Assembly: GCA_020137815.1 (NCBI GenBank)
Contig: CM035362.1
Span: 3,100,001-3,164,000, forward strand
Reading direction: 5' to 3'
DNA length: 64,000 nucleotides
Source: Hormiphora californensis
Taxonomy: Eukaryota > Animalia > Ctenophora
Numbering within the stretch: the stretch's first letter is position 1; each line of letters begins with the position of its first letter. The notes below the pieces were generated by a model that searched no databases, was not told the origin of the DNA, and was given only the letters and a program-made list of their open reading frames with translations. This document shows positions 37,633-48,900 of the stretch, in pieces. The position numbers and the translations under genes were made by a program.

Positions 37633-40600
37633 CTAGTTGTCGGAGTAATACCTAAACCGATCATTGGCATTCCTCTTGATCACGTAGCACTTTCCTAGCC
37701 TGTTCTGGATGAATGCCTGTCTGTCCGCACCGTTGGTGACATCGTACTCAGTGCTCTCCCATCGGTCATCCTCGGATAGATAACTGTAGTCGAGGACCCA
37801 AGTGGCGTGGAAATTAGGAGAGATCCATCTCACCTCAGCGCCATTCGTCTGGGCAGCCATGATGGGCGAGAAGTGTTGGAGGCACGAGCTGTGTCGGGAG
37901 AGTTGAGTTCCCCAACCGACACCCGATCCGACTTGGTAGGCGAAACTGTATCCCTCATACAGCTTAGCCCAGCCGTACCGAGAGGCAGCCTGGAGTTTCG
38001 CCTCGGGCTTGTCTTTGGAGAAGGAGTGAAGGGCCATGATCTTGTAGTCCGAGATACAGACAGTGCACCGGCTAGTGGGAGGGGAGGGAGCTAAGTAAAA
38101 GGGGGGGGGACTAGTGGGAGGGGAGGGGAGCTAAGTAAAAGGGGGGCAACTTCGAAAATATTTCTCATCTATGTATAACTCACACAGTTGGTTGATATTT
38201 GATGGAGGGTGGGGGTGTAACTTACCTAATATAGTTAAGGACAGTCTCTCGATCATCCAAGGCTGAGGTAGACTCAGGGTAGTACTCAGTGGGAGTTTTG
38301 CCCTCAGGGACGGCGGTTGCCAGCCAGAAAGAGTATCGAGAGTTACTGTTTGTGCAACTGTCATCGGTACACATCATCATGTTGTTCACATAGAAGTCCC
38401 TCCAGCAACTGCCAGGCTCAGATAGAGACTGTCCGGCGGCGAAATCGAAAGCTGTGGGACGGGGTGGAGTGACGGTTAGTTGGGTCTATCATCTTCAGGG
38501 GATGGCGTGTTCTGCGAGAGGATGGTCCGGGAGGGCGAGGAGGAGCTGTCCAAGTCATCGTGTGATGTCCATTATATATCCGGGAGAGATGCTGGTCTTT
38601 GTATAAATACACAAGAGAGAAATGAGAGAGAGGGAGGGAGGGATATATAGTAGATAGAGATTTAGAAAAAGAAGATTGGGTTGATGTATCCCTGCGACTG
38701 CACACCCAGCCACGCTGCCGCTTAACGATCTCTGAGACAAACTGACAAACTGACAAACTGAACCAGTCATATTACATCATAACAAAACAGAACAGGTGCA
38801 GTCGAATTGTATATATAAGGCAATAATATATTAATAACAGATTTGTACAAGCACCTACCGTCAATGAACATGAAAGAGTATCCCCTCCACAACTCGGTCA
38901 TACCATCCAGGCACTTGGGGTACTCGGTCCTCTGGGAATGGAAGGCCACAATGTAGGGGTTCAACTGGATGCTCTCTCCGGGCTCTCCGGGGTATCCAGG
39001 GGGACCTTGGTCACCTGAATAACAGCAACAACAGGTCAATGATGATCTAATATTGTGGGAGGGAAATCAGTAGAAAGTGGGACAAGTACACAAATTCATC
39101 AAGGAGAGCTTGTCGAGAACTACTAGCAGGAACCGACCGAATCAGGAAATACTGGTCCCTGATTGGCTGATAACCAGTCACGTGACCTAAATAACGAGTT
39201 CTGATTGGTTGTTTACTTGTTCCGGTCGGTTCCTGACTAGCAAATCTTACTAAATCTTACCCTTAGCTCCAGCGGGACAATCGTTGATGTTGGCACTAGT
39301 TCCAGGAGGTCCCTGAATACCCTTGATTCCAGCAATTACCAGTAGGTCCAGCGAACACCTCGGTTTCCCTTAGCTCCAGGAGCACCAGGGGCACCCTGCA
39401 ATGTGTACGTTTTATTAGATATTGAACTTTCTCATTCCGGCTGAACAAGCTTATTGTTGAAATCACAATCAAGATGAACAAACGGGCTTATCTGGGTGAA
39501 GATGTTTTGTACTTACAGCAGGTCCAGCCAAGTCCACCGGAGGTAGATCCAGGAGGTCCACTGGGTCCAGGAGGTCCAGCTCGTCCATCATTTCCAGATC
39601 GTCCGGGTGTTCCAGGGTTTCCGGGTGTTCCTCGCTCTCCCTTAGCTCCGGAAAGACCGGGGGTACCAGCAGCTCCAGGGTTTCCGGGGCTTCCAGGGCT
39701 TCCTCGAAGACCAGGAGTTCCTGGTGAAGTGAATTTCGTCGGGAATTGTACGTCTATTTCATATCAAATGAGAACTATTATAGTGAAATGAGCATATTAG
39801 TAAGCTGTGATATACATACCAGGGTTTCCAGCAGCTCCAGCGTTTCCGGGTGCTCCAGCAGCACCTGGTGCTCCAGGGTTTCCAGCGTTACCTCGGTCTC
39901 CCTTGGCACCATCACGTCCAGGATTTCCGGGGGATCCAGGGGATCCCATGTTACCGGGGGCACCGGCGGCACCAGGGTTTCCAGCGGGCACCAGTATCTC
40001 CCTTAGCTCCACCCATACCGGGGGATCCGGGTCGTCCATCATTTCCGGGTCGTCCAATTCCATCCATTCCAGCTCGGCCGGCAGCTCCCTTCTCTCCGCC
40101 AGCACCAGGTGCACCAGCAGCTCCGGGGTTTCCTCTAGCTCCAGGATTTCCGGGTCGACCGGCATTACCCTTAGCTCCGTTCGCTCCATTTTGTCCAGGT
40201 GATGCTCGTCCAGCAGTCTCCCTTAGCTCCTGCGGCTCCAGGAGTTCCGGGGTTACCAGGGTTTACCAGGGTTTCCTCGGGCACCAGGGTTTCCTCCTCG
40301 GCCAGCGTTACCCTTGGCTCCATCTCGGCCAGCGGCACCATCACTTCCTCGCTCTCCGGGAGTTCCAGGGTTTCCATCTTTTCCGGGGGTACCGGGTTCT
40401 CCTCGGGCTCCGGGGCTGGAAGTTCCCTGAGAAAAAGTGTTGTTATTTTCTATCTAATCGGCGTTCGCACATAAAAAATAATAGATTTCTATTTTTTAGT
40501 TTTACCGCTGTCCACTATAATACTTACGGGTCGTCCAGGCATTCCAGAGTCTCCTTTAGTTCCTCCAATTCCGGGGGTTCCAGGGGTACCAGCATCTCCC

Positions 40601-43600
40601 TTAGCTCCGGGCAAACCGGGGGTTCCGGGGGTTCCAATACCATCAGCTCCCTTAGCTCCAGGAGCACCGGGGTTTCCGGCTCGTCCAGCATTTCCTTGGT
40701 TTCCCTTGGCACCAGCGGCACCAGCGGCATCCGGGTAGACCTGGGGTTCCATAGTTGTTCACAGTTTCTCCCTTGGCACCAGGTCGTCCAGGCATACCGG
40801 GGCTACCAGAATCTCCCTTGGCTCCGTTGGCTCCTGCAATACTCTCACCGGGGGTTCCTGGAGGTCCAGGGGGTCCAACGACAACACCTGAATCTCCCTT
40901 AGCTCCGGCTCGACCGGGTTGTCCATCACGTCCAGGGTTTACCAGCGAGACCAGCGTCTCCCTTAGCTCCGCTTGCTCCGGGGTTTCCGGGAAGACCATC
41001 TTTTCCGGGGTTTCCTCGGTTGCCACCTCGGCCAGGCATTCCATTGTTTCCTGGGTTTCCTCGGTCTCCCTTGGCTCCGGGCGTTCCGATTCCAGGGGCA
41101 CCAGGGTTTCCCTTAGCACCACCCATTCCAGGGCTTCCAGGTCGTCCGTCACTTCCGGGCATACCAGCAAGACCGTTTTCTCCCTTGGCTCCGGGAGTTC
41201 CTGGGTTTCCGGCGGCTCCTGGGTTTCCAGGGGTTCCACCGTTACCCTTAGCTCCAGGCATTCCACTTCGTCCATCGTTTCCGGGTCGTCCAGGAAGACC
41301 ATCCTTTCCGGGGTTACCAGGGGATCCGGCAGCACCGTTATCTCCCTTGGCACCAGGGGCACCGGGGGATCCAGCATTACCAGGGGATCCAGCGTTTCCA
41401 GCTCGACCAGGGATAGATCGTCCAGGAGAGCCGGGGGCACCGTCTTTTCCGGGGGATCCAGGAGTACCAGCATCTCCCTTAGTTCCACCCATTCCGGGGG
41501 TTCCAGGGGTTCCTCTCTCACCGGGGCTTCCATCACGTCCGGGCATACCGCCGTTACCCTTCTCTCCGTTTCGTCCGGGGGTTCCAGCCATACCCTTGGC
41601 ACCGGGCATACCAGTAGCATCCAAACCATCCTTACCACGGTCTCCCTTCTCTCCGCTTGTTCCAGGTTGTCCGGGGGTTCCGGGCTCGGCTCGGGCTCCG
41701 GGTTGTCCAGCACGTCCAGGTAGTCCAGGGCTACCCTTTTCACCGTTCATGCCATCGTTTCCTCGGTCTCCGGGTGTTCCGGGTGTTCCGGGAATACCGG
41801 CATCTCCCTTATCTCCCCTCTGTCCTGGTGTTCCACCGTTACCGGCTCGTCCGGGCTCTCCTCGTCGTCCAGGCTCACCACTTCCGCCAGGTCGGCCGCT
41901 CTCTCCCTTGCCTCCGGGCAGACCAGGGGCACCGCTAGCCCCTCGGTCTCCCTTGGCTCCGTTCAGACCCTATAACAGGGAAATAGACGTTGTCAGGGAA
42001 TATGATCTAGAAATGCCTAACGATAAAAAAGATCGCAATGCCGGGAGACCAACTGATTTATTAAGAAAGAAATGCAGTACTTACAGGAGATCCAGGTCGT
42101 CCAAGAAGTCCACCATCTCCCTTTCGTCCGGGGACACCAGCTCGTCCAGCTTCTCCCTTAGCTCCGGGAGTTCCGTATCCGGGGGATCCAGCGGAACCGG
42201 GTGTACCTCGGTCTCCCTTCAATCCAGGTGCACCACCAGCACCAGCTCGTCCGGGCTCTCCAGTGTTACCTTTTGCTCCGGGTCGTCCAGGCTCGCCAGG
42301 TCGTCCAGAAGTTCCCTTCTCTCCGTCCATTCCTCCGACAGTGTTACCCTTAGCTCCGGCGCTTCCGGGTGTTCCCCTTTCTCCCTGTTGTCCGGGGGCA
42401 CCTGGGGTACCTCGGTCTCCCTTCTGGCCATCACGTCCGGCAGTTCCCTTAGCGCCAGGTCGTCCATCAACTCCAGCTTGTCCGTCGAGACCAGCCTTTC
42501 CAGGCTCACCAGCTCGGCCAGGCTCTCCTCGCTCACCATTTCGTCCAGGTGTACCTCGGTCTCCCTTGGCTCCACCGGCTCCGGGCAGACCATTTCGTCC
42601 GGGGGTTCCAGCGTTACCCTTCTCTCCGGGGGTTCCGGGGAGTTGGACGAAGTTTCCGGGCATACCAGCATCTCCCTTCTCTCCGAGTCCGGGAGCACCG
42701 GGTCGTCCTTGGTCACCAGGCAAACCAGGTGTACCGGCGTCTCCCTTTCCTCCGGGGGATCCAGGGGTTCCCTAAAATGATAAAATAATATGTCAGAAAC
42801 GTTAGTTACAAAATGTGCATCCAATCTAATCTTCGAATGGGTTTTGGAAAAGAAACTTACGTCAGCACCGTTGTTTCCGGGTCGTCCAGCTGATCCCCTG
42901 TCTCCACGGGCACCGGGTTTTCCGTCCTTTCCGTTCTGTCCAGGCAGTCCTCGGCCACCGCCAAGTCCATCTCGACCCTTGGGTCCAGCGGTTCCCGGGG
43001 TACCATCGTTACCATTTCGGCCAGGTGTACCACGGTCACCCTTCAGTCCTGGGGCTCCAGGTCGACCATCAGATCCACCTCGACCAGGCTCTCCCTTGCC
43101 TCCGTTCCGTCCTGGTTCTCCCCTGCCTCCAGCAGATCCAGGAGTTCCAGCTCGTCCTTGGTCTCCCTTGGCTCCGGCGGTTCCGGGTCGTCCGTCATTA
43201 CCGGCTCGTCCCTGGTCTCCCTTGCCACCATCCCGTCCGGGTCGTCCAGGCTCTCCAGTGGATCCGGGAAGTCCAGAGGCTCCCTTCTGTCCGGTTTGAC
43301 CGCGGCCTCCGTCCTTACCAGGGTAACCTTGTTCTCCCTTGGTTCCGTTGCAACCGTCAACTCCGGGGGTTCCGGGAATACCGTCAACTCCATCTCGGCC
43401 GGGATATCCAGCTTGGCCAGAATCTCCAGACTCTCCAGTAGGTCCAGCGGGTCCCTGAAGACCTCGGTCTCCCTGGGGTCCGGGGTTACCGGGCATGCCG
43501 GAGGATCCTCGTTCTCCCTTGATTCCGGTGGCTCCAGGGCTACCCCTCAGGCCAGGAGGACCAGAAGGTCCAGCGGGACCAGGTTCACCAGTTCGGCCCT

Positions 43601-43869
43601 AAGAAGGGTGATTGTAAGTTATGGGCTAGTCACTTTTATACGATCTAGTTTTCTAAGACTTCCTAACAACAATAGTTGGTCATGTGACTAATTGAAACCT
43701 GAAACCCAATTGTTGTTGTACTTACTCGGGCACCCTTGATGTAGGGAGGTCGTTGTCCGCAGTTGTTACATGCGGGGTCCGCTTCGGCGTCAGCCTCGGC
43801 GAAGGCCTCAGCAGAGACATGCACTGCAAACAGCAGCGCACTCAGCACAAACACTGTTCTAAACTTCAT
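37633..43869 (-). CDS. col4a: Collagen IV alpha chain, gene A (isoform ending in the proximal NC1); several frameshifts at 39.3-41 kb, probably assembly indels
   Basis: Signal peptide [20 protein letters not shown], then [23 protein letters not shown] and long Gly-X-Y exons. NC1 exons lie at 39014-38859, 38451-38226 and 38071-37633. Confidence 0.9.
38710..38722 (-). promoter_or_regulatory. Putative intronic docking motif of gene A
   Basis: CCACGCTGCCGCT on the plus strand, about 140 nt into the intron after the shared NC1 exon. Confidence 0.65.
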
Positions 43870-44443
43870 TGTAACTCGCAACAGTGGTCGATGAAGCACA
43901 CATCAACCAAGTGCTAGGAAGGGGAGAGAGAGACGGGGTTAGAGAGGGGAGAGAGAAGGGGTTAGACAGGGGAGAGAGAAGGGGTTAGAGAGGGGATAGA
44001 GAAGGGGTTAAAGAGGAGAGAGGTGGGGTTAGAGAGGCGGGAGAATAAAATTGCATGGACAGAGTTGGAAGTATAAAATGTCTGGTATTTAGGGATACCG
44101 ATAAACAAGGATATAATTCTGTCTTACTGGGTCTCATGGGTCAGTAAGATAGTCAACAAGCCGTGCTTATCCTAGTTATAATCCGAATATAAAAATAATG
44201 AATAAGTAGAAACAAAATAGAGCTCGGAAGGTTTGCTAAGTTCTATACCACTCGAAATCGCGGACGTTTCTCGTTATCAATTGTTTGAACTCATATAATT
44301 TACTAGATCAGATATGTCTTAGTATTCAAAAAAGTTAACCTATATTGAATTAAAGTTATTCAAGAGTAAATCGAAGTTACCTTTAATAGATTAAACCTAT
44401 CGGCTAGGCTATCGCTATAATATATATCTTAGCTCCTAACTCT

Positions 44444-44890
44444 GACTCTAATGACTATCCGAGTAACTCTAATGACTATCCGAGTAACTCTAATGACTAT
44501 CCGAGTAACTCTAATGACTATCTGAGTAACTCTAATGACTATCCGAGTAACTCTAATGACTATCCGAGTAACTCTAATGACTATCCGAGTAACTCTAATG
44601 ACTATCCGAGTAACTCTAATGACTATCCGAGTAACTCTAAGACTATCAGAGTAACTCTAATGACTATCTGAGTAACTCTAAGACTATCAGAGTAACTCTA
44701 ATGACTATCCGAGTAACTCTAATGACTATCTGAGTAACTCTAATGACTATCTGAGTAACTCTAATGACTATCTGAGTAACTCTAAGACTATCAGAGTAAC
44801 TCTAATGACTATCTAAGTAACTCTAATGACTATCCGAGTAACTCTAATGACTATCTAAGTAACTCTAATGACTATCTAAGTAACTCTCAA
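44444..44890. repeat. 21-bp minisatellite x~21
   Basis: Repeat unit TAACTCTAATGACTATCCGAG. Confidence 0.95.
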
Positions 44891-44929
44891 GCCTATCTAA
44901 TGACTCTCAAGCCGCACAACGAACACTAC

Positions 44930-45224
44930 TCGTATAATGCCGAGTGACCGTACTAAGCCGTGTTTACTCTGTGTGGTGGTGGGGAGTCCCTGCACAGTAC
45001 TATTTAGTAACTGTACTCCTCCCACCCCATTGGCCAGACATATCACGTGACTCTGACCACGTGACCACGTGACCCTCAGTAGCTGTCAAGGCTGCACGTG
45101 CTTTACTTCTGGTTAGGGATTGTTTACTCATGGTATGTGCACTTTAGCCCTGACTGGGTCCTGCCGGATTGTTTGTTTAGTAGCGGGAGGAGTAGAGACA
45201 TGACAGAAGTAGTATGGCGAAAAA

Positions 45225-45257
<33 letters not shown>

Positions 45258-45291
45258 GGAGAGAGAGAGAGAGAAAGAGAGAAAGAGAGAA

Positions 45292-45375
<84 letters not shown>

Positions 45376-45400
45376 GTATTATACCGAAACATAGGAAAGG
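44930..45400. promoter_or_regulatory. Probable bidirectional promoter between head-to-head collagen IV genes A and C
   Basis: Divergent ATGs at 43869 and 45988. Contains a CCAAT (ATTGG near 45029), four CACGTG boxes at 45044-45100 and a (GA)n tract. Head-to-head COL4 pairs are established in animals. Confidence 0.5.
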
Positions 45401-45987
45401 TGCACGGGTGGTTGACACGATATATTTTAGTTTGCGGTAGGCTCGCGACCACTGACAGGGGGTCTTGTGGTGGACTTGGGTTGGCCATCCGGGTCTACAA
45501 TTCGAGGAAGTGAGAGGGCTAGAAAAGAGAGAATGATAGAAGGAAAGAAGGAGAGATAAGTTAGCTAATTGAGAACGGTGAAAGTAAATAAAGGAGCGGT
45601 TCATGGCTAACATTAGACAATTGCGGTTTACCAAATGAAAACAGTAGAATTGGGCCAGGATTAACCAATTCCCACGGCAGCCTGATCAGTAAATTATGAA
45701 GTCTAAACTGCCTTCATCATATTACCCAAAATTAAAGTATGAAAAAAGAAACTATTATACGGAATCCAATTCAAAAGTGTATTCTCGAAACCAACATAAT
45801 TTTGATTCACAGACTTATGAACCCCGATATTCACAGACTTTTATATCCGTACAGATATTCCATTAATATTCCATAAAATAATCACAATTGAACTTTCTTC
45901 TAATTAAAAAGGTAAGCGCAATTAACTAATTAATTAACTAATTAATTAACTAATTAATTTAGCGTGTTGATGAACTAAGACGCTCAA

Positions 45988-48900
45988 ATGAAACTGTTAT
46001 TACTGTTGGTGGCCGTTGTAGCCGCTCAACGCGACGGATTGGGAGAGACCATCATTGGAGAAAATGATCCTTATGCTTATGACCCATATTAGTAAGTAGA
46101 TATTATAACTTAGCAATTTTAACTTAAAATGAAGTCCATACAAATTAAAAACAACGGTAGTTTTTAAGGTCTTAAAATGAAGTCCCTAAGTTTCGTGTCT
46201 AATTCAATTAATTAATTAATTAATCTAATTCAATTAATTGTAATTTAGTTTCATCTCCTTTTCAGTCAGTACGGCCAGGGATTCTCCCAAGACGCGGGAA
46301 CACGAACCCAAGATCCGGGGTGCAAGAACTGTGAACAGAGGCCATACATTGTGAAGGGAGACCGAGGTGTTCCTGGGGGTGCTGGATTTGAGGGACCCGC
46401 TGGAGCAAGGGGAGAACCTGGTTCCCCTGGATCTCCCGGTTCTCGGGGAGATAGGGTGAGTAGTACTAGATTAGTAATCAATTAGTAGCTAGCAGTCAAT
46501 CAATTAGTTATTAATTATTAGTTAGCAGTCAATTAATTAATAGTTAGCACGGGTAAACTCATCGGGTACACCCATTATATATTTCTTAGAATTAACTCAC
46601 GTCATTATTCTCAGAATTAACTCACCTCATTGCATTTTAGGGTCCCCCTGGTAACGCAGGAAAGAGGGGTGAGGCTGGTGACCAGGGACCAGCTGGTCCT
46701 CCAGGAGACAAGGGTTTCTCCGGAGTTAGAGGTCGACCAGGTACGATATCATTATTACATACTTCAATTGTCCACAATGTCCACATGCATTGTTCTGAAT
46801 TGTTCTGAATATTCAATACTAATGCAGTCGGACCCCGATTTAACGGCACCTTCGGGGGAAAGGGTTTTGTCCGTTAAATCGGGGTGTCCGCTAAATCGGG
46901 GTCTGACTGTATTAGTATTGAATATTCAGCTCATGTGGAATACTACAGAACGATCAATGTAGGGGCAAGGCCAGCTGGACACAGACCTGAAAATGTATAT
47001 AATGGCAGTGTAAAAATTAAACTCTTTCCTCTTGACCACTAGTACAGTCGGGGGGAAAAATCGGGGTCCTATAGTAGTTGTAACTCTCCCAACCGACCAA
47101 ATCCATTTTCTCCTGAAAAAGTAGAATTGAAAATCAATACAAACCCTTACTCGTGAAACAACAAAAATCTCCGGGACTCACACATGATTACCCCAGGCAG
47201 GCCCGGTCGACACGGTCTCGATGGTAACCCCGGTCAGGCGGGTGTAGATGGATGTAATGGTACCCGGGGAGACACCGGTTCCTCTGGCAAACCCGGAACT
47301 GTTGGCCTGCCCGCCTCTATTGGTGATCCCGGCCGACCCGGTGAGGATGGCCGACCCGGTGCTCCTGGACAGAGGGGTGCACCTGGTGAAAGTGTGAGTT
47401 AAAATCTTGTTTCTGAGCACTGAATGGGAAAAATTTCATACGATTTTCCTGGTTTTCAATAAGCATAAGAAGGAAAATGAATAATGAAACTGACTTTCTG
47501 TCAGTATCAGTTTGATCATTTTTCTTTTTACCCAGATTTAAAAAGTATCACAGCTTATATTACTAACAAATTAATACACACAGGGTAAAGATGGTACCCC
47601 CGGAAATCCTGGTACCCGTGGAGCCCCGGGAGAGGAGGGTAGTAACGGAGAGAAAGGCCGGGCTGGATACCCTGGTTCGGCTGGACGACCCGGAGCCCGG
47701 GGAGATCCTGGACGACCCGGAACCGCAGGAGACCCTGGAACACCCGGACTTGATGGAGAGACTGGACGGGTGGGAAATGATGGAAGACCGGGACGACCTG
47801 GTCTGAGGGGTGCCCCTGTACGTAAAGTAGATTAAAATTCGATAGAAAGAATGACAAATTAGAAACTTTTGAGACTCTTTTTAACGCAAATATTATTTTA
47901 CTTTTAGGGTGAAAGGGGAAAGGACGGTGAGAGGGGAGAACCCGGACGACCTGGCAGAGATGCCTACGGTGGAGCCCCCGGAGAGAGAGGTCTACCTGGA
48001 CGTGATGGAAACCCCGGAAGAGATGTAAGGAGAGGAGAGGAGAGAGAGAGTGAAAGAGAAGGAGAGAAGAAACCCCCTGGATATTTTGAATACTATTTCG
48101 ATTCCAATATTATTCTCACTATAACCATATCAATTCCAAGGGTCGACCCGGATCACCCGGTGCTAGAGGATCGCCCGGTGCTCGAGGTATCGATGGAGAA
48201 CTGGGAGAACCCGGTGCCTCCGTGAAAGGAATTAGGGGAGATATTGGTCTGCCCGGAACTGGAGTGCCCAAACGAGGCACCCCTGGATATTCTGTGAGTA
48301 CTATATACTTATCAGGAACCGACCGAAATAAGTAAACAACCAATCAGAACTCGTTATTTAGGTCACGTGACTGGTTATCAACCAATCAGGGACCAGTGTT
48401 TCCTGATTCGGTCGGTTCCTGATATATCCTGATGTAGCAAACATGACACTACATGATATTAATTCATTTCTTCCTTCCTCCTTAAAACCTAAATTACTCA
48501 CGCCCTCTTTACAATTTCCTGATATTAAACACTAACTCACTACCCGATTTAATCACCTTTAATCACCCATTATATCACCTATTATCACCCACTTCTCCAC
48601 AGGGTGACGATGATCACCCCATTATATCACCCTTTATATCACCCATTATATCACCCATTATCACCCATTATATCACCCATAATATCACCCGTTATCACCC
48701 ACTTCTCCACAGGGTGACGATGGTCTACCAGGAGACAATGGTCTGCCTGGTAAAGCTGGTGCTCGAGGTGACAGTGGTACACCCGGATTCCGTGGACTAC
48801 CTGTAAGCACTAATTGGTTAACTAATTGGTTAATTAATTAATTATAATTAAATCAATTAAGATTAATATGACGTTGAACTATTTTAGTAGAGAGTTCTGA

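Noticed and set aside
27829-43691. Long plus-strand Pro/Gly/Ser ORFs (e.g. 41020-42780, 586 aa)
   Set aside because: They are antisense or off-frame shadows of Gly-X-Y collagen exons.
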